From Candidatus Eremiobacteria bacterium (GTDB taxonomy: Bacteria; Vulcanimicrobiota; Vulcanimicrobiia; Vulcanimicrobiales; Vulcanimicrobiaceae): DNA of 64,000 nucleotides. The notes under the pieces are model-generated. The model saw only the letters and a list, made by a program, of their open reading frames with translations. It did no database searches and had not been told where the DNA came from. Positions 1 through 10,087 of this stretch are shown one piece after another; position 1 is the first letter of the stretch; each line of letters starts with the position of its first letter. The stretch is from assembly GCA_963758295.1 (NCBI GenBank), contig CAVWUU010000006.1:1-64000 (forward strand), in the 5' to 3' direction. The position numbers and the translations under genes are program-made.

Positions 1-1664
1 TCTTTGGGCAACCGGGGCAGCCTTGGCCGCGGTTCAGACCTATGATGGCGCTAGCTATTCGCTGGTCAATAACTCCAATCCAACGGACGGAACCTTCTAT
101 TATCCGTTCACCCAATTTCCGCGATCAGGGGCTGCACTGTACATGGGGTTCGACCGGCCATTTCCATCCTCGGCCGGTGTTCAGTATCCACTGATATTTC
201 TTGTCAAAACAGCATCGGTAAACGGCACGGCGCAAGGCGCAGCGAGTGCGCAAAATAATTCGCAGCCGATTGTCGGCGTCCTGGAATATTCGACTGCAAA
301 CGGATGGGCACAGTTGCCCGGCGTCCAGGATACAACCAATTCACTCACCCAAAGCGGTGTGATTTCCTTTCAAGGAGTTTCCGATTGGGCTGCCGTTGAA
401 TACGGGGCGCTTCGGAAGAGCACCAGGATCCGGCGTATTACTGGATGCGCTATCGCATCAGCCAGATTGTTAACGGAGCACGGGTACCAGTCGCCGCCTC
501 AGCTCACGAATATTTTGGTGAACACGGTTCCAGCTCTGAACGCGGTGACCCAACAAGGCGAGATCATCGGAGGTAGCAATGGACTCCCCAACCAGAGCTT
601 CAAGATCAGCCACGCCCCGGTGCTTCCCAAAGACCCCGGGGTTGACGGCATCGTACAGGTAGATGAAGGAGACGGTAACGGACCAACGACTTGGAAGGAA
701 GTGACCGACTTCTCCGGTTACGGCCGGAACGACAAAGTCTACACGCTGGACTATTCGAGTGGAACGGTAACGTTCGGTGATGGCCAACACGGGAAAATAC
801 CTCGCTGGCTCTCGTCGGATGGATCCAACCTGGATACCTCCAATACGCAGTATTTCAGGTGACGAGCTACAAATGGGGCGGCGGCGCGGCCGGCAATGCG
901 GGGTCGAACAGTATCACGTCGCTGATCGACACGGTGCCGTTTGTTGCCGGCGTCAACAATATTTTGCCGTCCGACGGCGGAGCCGATGCAGAGACTGTGA
1001 CAGACGCGGAAGATAAAGCACCGGAAGCCATTCGCACTTTGTCGCGTGCAGTCACACCCGAGGACTTCATCGCCCTGGCCAAATTAACGCCTGGAGCACG
1101 CATTCAACGGGCCACCGCAATTCCACTTCAACGGCCGCAGACGCAGGTGGGTTGCGCGCTCCGGACGGAACTGTTATTACGCCACCGGCAGCTCCCGGCG
1201 TCATTACGGTGATTGTCGTGCCGGATGGCCCGAATCCTGAAATGCCAATTGCAAACGATCAGACGCTGGCCACCGTCGCTGCGTACCTGGATCAGTATCG
1301 CCTTGTCACCTCCGAACTGTATGTCACTACTCCCGTCTACCGGCTCGTCGAGGTGGACGCAACCGTGACCGCGGCGCCGGGCGCTGCTTTAGGCGATGTT
1401 GAGGCAAACGTGGTGAACACGCTACTGGCCTTTTATCACCCGCTTACTGGAGGACAGCAAGGCTCCGGCTGGGACTTCGGCGGCACTATTTATGTATCCG
1501 ACGCCTACCAGCAAATTCTGAAAATCGATGGCGTCGAGCGCATCGAAGGGCCGATCCGCATCTACGTCGACAATCAGCTTCAAACCCAAGATCAGGATGT
1601 TTCATTGCAGCCGTTCGAGCTGGTTTACTCAACGAATCACGTGATTACTGTGAGCTATTCCTAA
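1..1664 (+). CDS. Baseplate J/gp47-like baseplate assembly protein (Afp11-like), 5'-truncated by the window edge; split over ORFs 23-862, 859-1212 and 1152-1664 by indels
   Basis: Motifs typical of this family: GGSNGLPNQSF, W-x-EV-x-DF, Y-x-LD...G-x-V-x-FGDGQHGKIP, Y-x-WGGG-x-x-GN, GGADAET, RAVTPEDF, YL-x-x-x-RL, F-x-HPLTGG...GW-x-FG. Confidence 0.85.
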
Positions 1665-3769
1665 TGACTCCCGCGCGCGGCAATTATTGGCTCATCGATT
1701 CGCTCTTTGAAGGGCAGTGGTGGATCGCCACCCAGACCGGTATTTGCATTACGCCGTCCGAAGGCGACATCACTTTGGACCCGTTCCCTGGTAGTGCCAC
1801 GTTTCTGGATAAATCGGTGGTCGCGACCATCGCTTGCCCGTTAGCTCTTGCGGCTGATTCGAAAGCCCGCGTTTTCGTGATGGATGGCGTGAACAATCGG
1901 GTCACAATATTGAGCCTGGCCACCTCGCAAACGAAGCGCATCCCGGCCTTCGGCGGGAACGGCGCCGGATTACGCCAATTCAAAGGTCCGCGATGTTTAA
2001 CTGTTCTGCCTTCGGGTGCAATTGCCATCGCCGATACGGGGAATCGTAGAGTCCAACTCTTTTCCGGGCCGCCATACATCCTGCTTAGGGTATGGGGGCC
2101 GTCCGATTTGGCGATGCAACCGAACGCGGTGGCGAGCGACGATTGCGGAGTCGTGTACATTGCCGACGGAAAAACCGGCGCTATCCTCCGAGTGCGTGCG
2201 AGTGGTGAATGGTTGGAGCCAATCGGCGCGGGTGTCCTGAAGAATCCAATCGGATTGGCGGTTTCGATGCATGAGACCTTGGCGGTGGTTGACAGCAGCG
2301 GCGGGAACACGTCGCTCGTGATCTTTCCCCCAAATAATGGAAAGCCCGTGCAACTCTCAGCGATTGCCTCACCCTCCAGCCTTGCATTTGACGACTCCGG
2401 AAATCTCTACGCCGGCACGGCCAACGCAATTGTCGCGAAATTGCAGCCGGACGATACGCAGCTCAGCGGATGGTCGCTCGCAGGCGAGGGTGTCAGCGAT
2501 GTAGATGGCCGGATCTCAAAGCTCGCTTGGGTCGAAGGGCTCGGCCTGATCGGCATCCTGAGCAGCACTAATCCCAAACCGCGCCGTGCTTGTTTTCAAT
2601 GGACCCGGCCGGAGCGTATCGGCTGGCAGGTACGTTTGCTCTGAAAAGTTTGAATAGTAGGATTGAGAACTGCTCCTGGCATAGAGTTCGCTTCGTGGGA
2701 ACAGTCCCCTGCGGGCTCCAGCGTGACAGTCGCGAGTTCTACCAGCGCGGACAACACGAATTGGACGCCTTTCATTACCGGCGCCCTCCTCAGCAGCGAT
2801 AATCGCAATCCCCTAATAAATCCCGATTGCCTGATACAGAGCTCTCCAGGCCAATACCTTCAACTCACCATCAATCTGCAATCGAATGGCGCAGTCAAAC
2901 GCGGATCCACGCGCTCGAGGTTTACTTCCCGCGCACAAGTTATCTCGAGTATCTGCCGGCGGTGTTTCAGGATGACGATCAGAGCCGCCTGTTTCTGGAT
3001 CGCTTTCTTTCCATTTTTCAGATGACGTTCGACCAGATGGACAGTACTCTGGATAACCTGGCGGATATTTTCGACCCACTCATGACGCCGGCGAAACTCT
3101 TCCCGTGGCTTGCGGCCTGGGTCGCGCTGCCAATCGATCCGACCATGCGTCTGGATCAGCAGCGTAAACTGCTCAAAGGCGCTTTCCAGGCATATCTGCG
3201 TAGGGAGACGTTTCCGGGATTACAGCAGACGATACAAGACTACACAGGCCTCGACGAGATCCGAATCCTGGAACATTACCGGCTTAGGAATTGGCTTTCT
3301 TTGCAAAGCTCGAGCCTTCTCGATGAAGGCACCTGCTTGTGGAGCAGTAAGTTCTACTCGCGCTTGAAGCTGGGCGTAACATCGACCATCGGATCATTCC
3401 GGTTGACGAATTCGCCGCCTCCGGATGCTGAGCCTTTCGACTGGGGAGCAAACCGGTTTGAGCGTATTCTTTCCCGCCAACCCTTACACCGTGGCCGATA
3501 CCAGTGCGGCGATACGAAAGGTTCTCGACCGCGAAAAGCCGGCGCATACGCTGGCTTTTCTGTCGCCGGTGTTTCCACGTTTACGTTTGGGTGTTCAGGC
3601 CACGCTCGGCGTCGATGCATATGTGGGCAAGGCGAACGCGATGATTCTGGGCAAGCTAGCAACGTTGAATTATGACGCTGTGCTGGCGCGCTCGCAGCCC
3701 GATCGCGACGTGCAGGGTTTGGGGCTCAGCCTCTATCCACGAGTGGGTAAAAACGCAAGAATTCTGTGA
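1664..3769 (+). CDS. Phage-tail/baseplate wedge protein with N-terminal NHL beta-propeller and C-terminal P2 gpI-like domain; split by several indels
   Basis: NHL repeats (FKGPRCL...IADTGNRRVQLF); C-terminal FPRTSYLEYLPAVFQ...FLDRFLSIF...FDP...FPWLAAWV and REKPAHT are characteristic of tail-protein-I-like CIS proteins; start overlaps the upstream stop (TAATG). Confidence 0.75.
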
Positions 3770-3785
3770 AGGAAGAAGCCATCCC

Positions 3786-5060
3786 GTGAGTATTGATGGA
3801 CGTTCCGGCAACTCGACATCCGCTGCGGCATACTCGAGCGTGGCTGCAAGCGTAGAGAGCGCGGCCTGTGAGATTCCGGCATTTTCCCGCAGTTACTTCT
3901 ACACGGGCAAACTTCTGACCGAGAGCGACCTCACGCGGGAACAGCGCTACATGATCGACAAGCTGCGCCTCCACTACGTGGCCTTGCACGGATGGGGAGT
4001 AGCGTGCGGGCTGATGGTGAAGCCGCACAAGCAATATGCGGATCGACTGGTTGTCAGTTGCGGGTTTGCCGTTGACGACTGTGGACGGGAGATAAGACTT
4101 CTCAAAGAATGCGTGGTAATGTTTCCGCAGCCGCCCCAACCTGTGGTGGACCCCTGCGAGCCGGAGTCCGACCCCGACGCCTGCAACGAAGCCCGGACAA
4201 GCAGTGACGTCAAATCTGAGAGGCGCACCTATTACGTCTGCATTCGGTACACGGAATGCCGCGAAGACTTTATGCCGGTTGTGTTCTCCGATTGTTGTGG
4301 CGCCTCGAAACAGCCCAACCGTGTCTCGGAGTGTGCAACTATCGACATCCTAACCGAACCTCCGGAATGCTTGCGCGAGATCGAGCACCATAAGCATTTG
4401 AAGCGCGATGAGGACTGTCATGGCTTGTTGGAGCACATTCCGCAGAAGTGCCCGCCCGCCGGCCAGGGATGCTGCATCCCGCTCGCGCTGATCCGTGGTT
4501 ACGTTTATGGCGATTCACTCACCGAAGCCATGATCGACAACCACATAAGGCCGTTGATGCCTAGCGTCCCACGCCTGGAAGCGTTGGTCCGCTGTGTGAT
4601 GGAGCATTTGCCGCAGCATGGGCCGCGCCTGACCCATATTTCGGGGGTCCACTGGGAGCATGATCGCGAATACGGTCCTCGCGAATTCCTCCATGAGTTC
4701 GTGGGAACTCATGAATCACCGAAGGGATTCGTCATCGAATTCGATGGAGAGGTCCATGAGCATGGACTGAACACCCGGACGTTCCAGGCGATGATCGTGC
4801 GCCATCCGTTTGAGGGCCATGAGCCGCGGCGTGTAGAGATTGCGCCGGCGCGAGTGACCCGCAGCGAAGACGGACGCCACTGTAGTTTGCACATCGATGC
4901 GGAGTACGCTCACCGTCACCTCCAGGAAGAGAACTTCGACGTGATCCTGACCTTGCAATGCGACAAGGTGATTGACGAAAAGGGAATCCCTGTGGATGGC
5001 GACCTACTTGCCGGGATGCGCGAGTACGACCAGGAATACATACTCCGGTACCCGACTGGA
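3786..5060 (+). CDS. CIS-associated baseplate/fibre-region protein, Cys/His-rich; C-terminus cut off at the junction
   Basis: R-x-YF-x-x-GKLLT-x-x-DL-x-x-EQ-x-Y...LHGWGVACGL-x-V and G-x-AVD-x-CGREI, seen in genes downstream of eCIS baseplates; ends ...LRYPTG with no stop codon; GTG 3786 preceded by GAAGGA. Confidence 0.65.
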
Positions 5061-6248
5061 AAGAACGCGTGGTGGCGCGATACGGTCGAAATGCGCGACG
5101 ACGTCGTCGGCTTCGACTCTTCCATCATCATGCATCCCCTTACGTGGAAGGCTTCAGGTCATATCGATGCGTTTCACGACAAGCTCGTGGACTGCAAAGT
5201 CTGCAAGCACCGCTTTCGCCTCGATCATCTCAAAGATTTGAATCAGTGCCCGGATTGCGGAAGCAAAAACAGCTTTACGGAGCCGCGCAACTTCAACCTG
5301 ATGATGAAGACGCAGGTCGGCCCGATGGAAGACAGCGCGTCGATGGCATATCTGCGCCCCGAAACCGCTCAGGGCATTTTCGTCAATTTCAAAAACGTGT
5401 ATCAGACGGCGCGCAAGAAGCCGCCGTTCGGCATCGCGCAAATCGGCAAGTCGTTCCGCAATGAAATTACGCCGGGGAATCTCACCTACCGCGTGCGGGA
5501 ATTCGAGCAAGCGGAGCTGGAGTATTTCGTTCCCGACGACGGCAACGATATGGCGGCGTTCCAGGAATGGGTGGAGCTACGCAAGGGTTGGTATTCGAAG
5601 TACGGCGTGAAGCCGGATCGCCTGCGCTTTTACGAACTCGAGCCGCGAGAACGCCCGCATTATGCGAAAGCCGGCATCGACGTCGAGTATCTTTTCCCGT
5701 GGGGCTGGGGCGAACTCGAGTCCATCGCGCACCGTGGAACCTACGATCTCGATGCCCACCAGCAGCTCTCCGGCAAAGACTTACGTTTCTTCGATGAAGC
5801 GAGCAAAACGCATTACACGCCGTTGCTCATTGAAAGCTCGGCCGGCATGGACCGCACGACGCTCACCATGCTTGTCGACGCGTACGAGCGTGAAAAAAGC
5901 GTGGACCCCAACGGCAAGGAAACCGAACGCACCGTGCTGCGTTTCCACCCGTTCATTGCGCCGGTGCAGATTGCGGTCTTTTCGCTCGCGCGCAACAAAC
6001 CGGAACTCGTGCAGCGTGCGCGTGCGATTGAAGCAGGCTTGCGCCCGCTGTATCGCACGCAATACGACGAAGGCAACATCGGACAACTCTACCGGCGTCA
6101 AGACGAAATCGGGACGCCGTTCTGCGTGACCATCGACTACGACACGCTCGAGGACAACACCGTAACCGTTCGCGAGCGCGATTCCATGGAGCAGGAGCGC
6201 GTTGATGCAAACGGGTTGCAACGGTACCTCTCGGAGCGTTTGGGTTAG
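5061..6248 (+). CDS. glyQS: Glycine--tRNA ligase (alpha2 type), N-terminally truncated
   Basis: KNAWW, WKASGH, CxxC..CxxC zinc ribbon, YLRPETAQGIF, IAQIGKSFRNEITP, REFEQ, IESSAGMDR, anticodon domain YRRQDEIGTPFCVTIDY; first ~35-40 aa missing. Confidence 0.95.
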   Translation, partial: KNAWWRDTVEMRDDVVGFDSSIIMHPLTWKASGHIDAFHDKLVDCKVCKHRFRLDHLKDLNQCPDCGSKNSFTEPRNFNLMMKTQVGPMEDSASMAYLRPETAQGIFVNFKNVYQTARKKPPFGIAQIGKSFRNEITPGNLTYRVREFEQAELEYFVPDDGNDMAAFQEWVELRKGWYSKYGVKPDRLRFYELEPRERPHYAKAGIDVEYLFPWGWGELESIAHRGTYDLDAHQQLSGKDLRFFDEASKTHYTPLLIESSAGMDRTTLTMLVDAYEREKSVDPNGKETERTVLRFHPFIAPVQIAVFSLARNKPELVQRARAIEAGLRPLYRTQYDEGNIGQLYRRQDEIGTPFCVTIDYDTLEDNTVTVRERDSMEQERVDANGLQRYLSERLG

Positions 6249-6322
6249 GTCTATCGGGCCATCCGGCAAGGTGAAGAACCGTCGCTTGCTGGGGATACAT
6301 AGAGAACTGGAGGTCTTTCTCT

Positions 6323-9019
6323 ATGGAAACGCCGCTCGTCAAGCGTCCTGTTAAGGTCGCGATTACGATGCCGAAATACGTCTATTTCTTCGAAGAAGGC
6401 GACGGCTCTATGAAAGAGCTGCTCGGCGGCAAAGGCGCGGGCCTTGCCGAGATGACGCGCGCCCGGCTTCCCGTGCCCGCGGGCTTCACGATCACGACCG
6501 AAGCATGTCTACGCTTTTACGAGCAGGGAAAACGCTTCCCGGACAGTCTTCACGGCCAAGTCGAAAGCGCGATGCACGAGCTGGAGGCCCGCACGGGTAA
6601 GCGCTTCGGCCACGAAGCGGACCCGCTGCTCGTCTCGGTGCGCAGCGGCGCTCGCGTGTCCATGCCGGGCATGATGGATACGATCCTCAACCTCGGCTTG
6701 AACGATAGCACCGTTGAAGGGCTCGCGCGGCTCACCGGCAACGAGCGCTTTGCCTGGGACGCCTATCGGCGCTTCATCATGATGTTCTCGAGCGTCGTGC
6801 TCGGGCTGGAGAAAGAGCTCTTCGAAGAGCGGATCGAGGATCGCAAGCGCGAGCTGGGCGTTCGCACCGATCCCGAACTCGACGCGGCGTCGTGGAAAGC
6901 GCTCGTCGGAACGTTCCGTGACATCGTCCGGGACCACGCCGGACGTGAATTCCCGCAAAACGTAAACGAGCAATTGCAGCTTGCCATTGAAGCGGTTTTT
7001 GATTCGTGGAACTCCAAACGCGCGATCGACTACCGCCGCTTCAACAAGATTCCCGACGACTGGGGCACCGCCGTCAGTGTCGTGCAAATGGTATTTGGGA
7101 ACATGGGTGAGGATTCCGGAACCGGCGTCGCCTTTACGCGCGACCCGAATACCGGCGACCGCGAACTCTTCGGCGAGTATCTTGCAAATGCGCAGGGTGA
7201 AGATGTCGTTGCGGGTATTCGCACGCCGCAAAAGATCAGCGATCTCAAACGCGCGCAGCCGGAGATTTACGCGCAATTCGAAGATATCGCGCGTAAACTC
7301 GAAGCGCACTATAAAGACATGCAGGATCTGGAGTTCACCGTCGAGCGCGGCAAGCTCTTTATGTTGCAGACCCGCAATGGCAAACGCTCCGCGGAGGCAG
7401 CCGTGAAAATTGCGCTGGATCTCGTGCGAGAGGGTGCCATCGACCAACGCACGGCGGTGGGACGCGTGAGCGCGGAGTCGCTCGACCAGCTGTTTCATGC
7501 TCGTGTAGACAAGAATCAGCACTTTGAAGTGGCCTGCAAGGGCCTAAACGCATCACCCGGCGCAGCGACGGGTCAGGTGGTGTTCACGGCCGACGACGCC
7601 GTGACGTGGAAAGAAGAAGGCAAAGACACCATTCTCGTGCGCGTCGAGACGACGCCGGACGACGTGCACGGGATGATTGCGGCGCGCGGCGTGTTAACCG
7701 CGAAGGGCGGCGCAACGTCGCACGCGGCCGTTGTGGCACGCGGGATGGGGAAACCCTGTGTGACCGGCTGCGAAGCGCTCGAGGTCGACCGGCGCAATAA
7801 GGCCGTGACGATCGGCGATAAAACGTTGCACGAAGGCGATTGGCTTACGATTGACGGCAGCACCGGCAACGTAATCGCCGGAAAGCTTGAGCTCATCGAT
7901 GCGCCTTCCACGCTGCCGGATTGGCTCGCAACGTTTCTTTCATGGGCCGACGCCGAGCGGCGAATGGAAGTGTGGGCGAACGCCGACACGCCCGAAGATG
8001 CGCGCAAAGCGCGCGAACTGGGCGCGCAAGGGATCGGACTGTGCCGCACGGAGCACATGTTCATGCAACAGGAACGGCTGCCGATCGTTCAGCGCATGAT
8101 CTTGGCTAATACACCGCAAGCGCGCGCTGAAGCGCTAGAGAAACTCTTGCCGTTCCAGCGCGACGATTTCAAGGGCATCCTCGAAGCCATGGCCGGCTAT
8201 CCGGTCACCATCCGGCTTTTGGATCCGCCGCTGCATGAGTTCTTGCCGTCGCTCGAGCAGCTGCTCGTCACGACGACCGAACTTCGCATCACCGAAGGTG
8301 TTGATTCTGCCGAATATCGCGAAAAAGAAGCGATGTTGAAACGCGTGCAGCAGTTGCACGAGCAGAACCCAATGCTCGGGTTACGTGTTTGCCGTCTCGG
8401 CATCGTGTATCCGGAGATCTACGCAATGCAAGTCCGTGCGATCTTCGAAGCCGCAGTAGAATTGAAGAAGCGCGGCGTAGACGTGAAACCCGAAGTGATG
8501 ATCCCGGGTGTCGGCACGAAAGAAGAAATGCGCGCGACGTACGATGCGGCGAAGGCCGTTGCGGACCAAGTGCTGCGCAAGGCGCACGTGCCGCTCGAGT
8601 ATCACATCGGCACGATGATTGAATTGCCGCGCGCTTGCGTCGTTGCCGACGATTTAGCGTCGATCGCGGAATTCTTCTCGTTCGGCACGAACGATCTAAC
8701 GCAAACGACGTACGGCTATAGCCGCGACGACGCCGAAGGATCGTTCATTCCACAGTATCTCGATAAGAAGATCCTGAAGGATGATCCGTTCCAAGTGCTC
8801 GATCGCCGCGGGGTCGGCGGTCTGATGCAGCAGGCCGTAAAGCTCGGTCGTGAAACGCGGCCGAATCTGAAAATCGGTATCTGCGGCGAACACGGCGGCG
8901 AACCGACGAGCGTCGCATTCTGCGATCAACTCGATCTAAACTACGTCTCCTGCTCGCCGTATCGCGTGCCCATTGCGCGCCTTGCGGCGGCGCAGGCAAC
9001 GCTTGGAACCCTAAAATGA
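6323..9019 (+). CDS. ppdK: Pyruvate, phosphate dikinase
   Basis: LLGGKGAGLAEM, LLVSVRSGA, phospho-His motif GGATSHAAVVAR, GIGLCRTEHMF, FSFGTNDLTQ, GICGEHGG; SD GGAGGT. Confidence 0.98.
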   Translation: METPLVKRPVKVAITMPKYVYFFEEGDGSMKELLGGKGAGLAEMTRARLPVPAGFTITTEACLRFYEQGKRFPDSLHGQVESAMHELEARTGKRFGHEADPLLVSVRSGARVSMPGMMDTILNLGLNDSTVEGLARLTGNERFAWDAYRRFIMMFSSVVLGLEKELFEERIEDRKRELGVRTDPELDAASWKALVGTFRDIVRDHAGREFPQNVNEQLQLAIEAVFDSWNSKRAIDYRRFNKIPDDWGTAVSVVQMVFGNMGEDSGTGVAFTRDPNTGDRELFGEYLANAQGEDVVAGIRTPQKISDLKRAQPEIYAQFEDIARKLEAHYKDMQDLEFTVERGKLFMLQTRNGKRSAEAAVKIALDLVREGAIDQRTAVGRVSAESLDQLFHARVDKNQHFEVACKGLNASPGAATGQVVFTADDAVTWKEEGKDTILVRVETTPDDVHGMIAARGVLTAKGGATSHAAVVARGMGKPCVTGCEALEVDRRNKAVTIGDKTLHEGDWLTIDGSTGNVIAGKLELIDAPSTLPDWLATFLSWADAERRMEVWANADTPEDARKARELGAQGIGLCRTEHMFMQQERLPIVQRMILANTPQARAEALEKLLPFQRDDFKGILEAMAGYPVTIRLLDPPLHEFLPSLEQLLVTTTELRITEGVDSAEYREKEAMLKRVQQLHEQNPMLGLRVCRLGIVYPEIYAMQVRAIFEAAVELKKRGVDVKPEVMIPGVGTKEEMRATYDAAKAVADQVLRKAHVPLEYHIGTMIELPRACVVADDLASIAEFFSFGTNDLTQTTYGYSRDDAEGSFIPQYLDKKILKDDPFQVLDRRGVGGLMQQAVKLGRETRPNLKIGICGEHGGEPTSVAFCDQLDLNYVSCSPYRVPIARLAAAQATLGTLK

Positions 9020-9444
9020 AGCGGTTTCCCGCGGCGGTGTTCCTTATCGGTACGCTGCTCGCGGGATGCGGGTCGGGAATGCCTGGATCGGCGGGGCAGG
9101 TGTCCACCTACTGCACGGCCGTAGCGCCGCCGGTATTGCTCTACCCCGCGCCCGGTGCGAGCGGCATAACGTGGGTGAACCTTCAACTGTATTTTGGCTA
9201 TCCGTATAACCCCAACGCGTTTTTTGCTCCGGCCGTATTAACGCCCACTTCCGGTCCGGCACTTTCCGCCGGTCCCTATGCGTCGCCGTCGCCCGGGCCG
9301 TATCCGCCCGGAATGGCTACGGTACCGAACGGCGATCAGGTATTCGTCGCAGACGTTGCGCCTCATGTGAGTGGAACCACATACACGGTGTCCGTGAAGG
9401 GCAACACGTGCGGAACCTTCACTCTGGGTTCGTTCGGCACGTAA
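9016..9444 (+). CDS. Pro-rich lipoprotein of unknown function
   Basis: Lipobox LLAGC; ATGA overlap with the ppdK stop. Confidence 0.7.
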   Translation: MKRFPAAVFLIGTLLAGCGSGMPGSAGQVSTYCTAVAPPVLLYPAPGASGITWVNLQLYFGYPYNPNAFFAPAVLTPTSGPALSAGPYASPSPGPYPPGMATVPNGDQVFVADVAPHVSGTTYTVSVKGNTCGTFTLGSFGT

Positions 9445-9568
9445 AGCGCTTTAGTTAGAACGGAATGAAAGCTGCGGATTCCGGCACATTTGCCGGAACC
9501 CGTGTTTACACCGGTAACGTTGCTCCAACGTCTTTTCTTCTTTGCAACTTGGAGGCAACGTACGATCC

Positions 9569-10084
9569 ATGAATGGTTTCCAACGCATCCTCGTTCCCGC
9601 GCTCCTGGCATCTCTCGCGTTCGGTTCGGTGGCGGCGCCGTTGACCGCGTCTGCGCAGCAGCGCGTTCGTCCCGACTGCAGCAGCGATCGCAACCTCGCG
9701 CGCGTTCATCGCCGGTTGGACGGCGCCATCGATCAGCTCGGTCACGACCAGCATGACTACGACGGACATCGCGTAGCCGCGATGAACGACTTGCAAGGCG
9801 CGCGACAGCAAATCGTATCGGCGGAACAGTACGCGCAATACAACGACCGCGACAATCCGGCATGTTTCCGTTCCAACGTCAATCCCGGCGGCAGCGACGC
9901 CGATTGGGGCGACCGCGGTCAGGGCGGAAGCAACCAAAACGTGCTTGGCGTCCGCCGATGGGTCGAGGGAATGATCGATCAGCTGCAGCGTGACGAGCGC
10001 GATTACGGTGGACACCGTGTCGCTGCAATCGACGCGATGCAACGCGCGCGCGGCGAATTGCTCGCAGCGGAGCGGTCGCGTTAG
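9569..10084 (+). CDS. Secreted helical protein with two DY-x-GHRVAA repeats
   Basis: Signal peptide ending ASA; internal repeat IDQL-x-x-D-x-x-DY-x-GHRVAA; SD GGAGG at 9551. Confidence 0.75.
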   Translation: MNGFQRILVPALLASLAFGSVAAPLTASAQQRVRPDCSSDRNLARVHRRLDGAIDQLGHDQHDYDGHRVAAMNDLQGARQQIVSAEQYAQYNDRDNPACFRSNVNPGGSDADWGDRGQGGSNQNVLGVRRWVEGMIDQLQRDERDYGGHRVAAIDAMQRARGELLAAERSR

Positions 10085-10087
10085 CGC

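Noticed and set aside
3672..6248. 858-aa ORF as a genuine novel tail protein-GlyRS fusion
   Set aside because: Both halves are truncated at the join, GlyRS lacks motif 1, and an in-frame join arises by chance one time in three; treated as a probable chimera pending read evidence.
9495..9521. ECF-type promoter GGAAC-N18-CGTT before the GHR-repeat gene
   Set aside because: Single instance with marginal spacing; not enough support to call.
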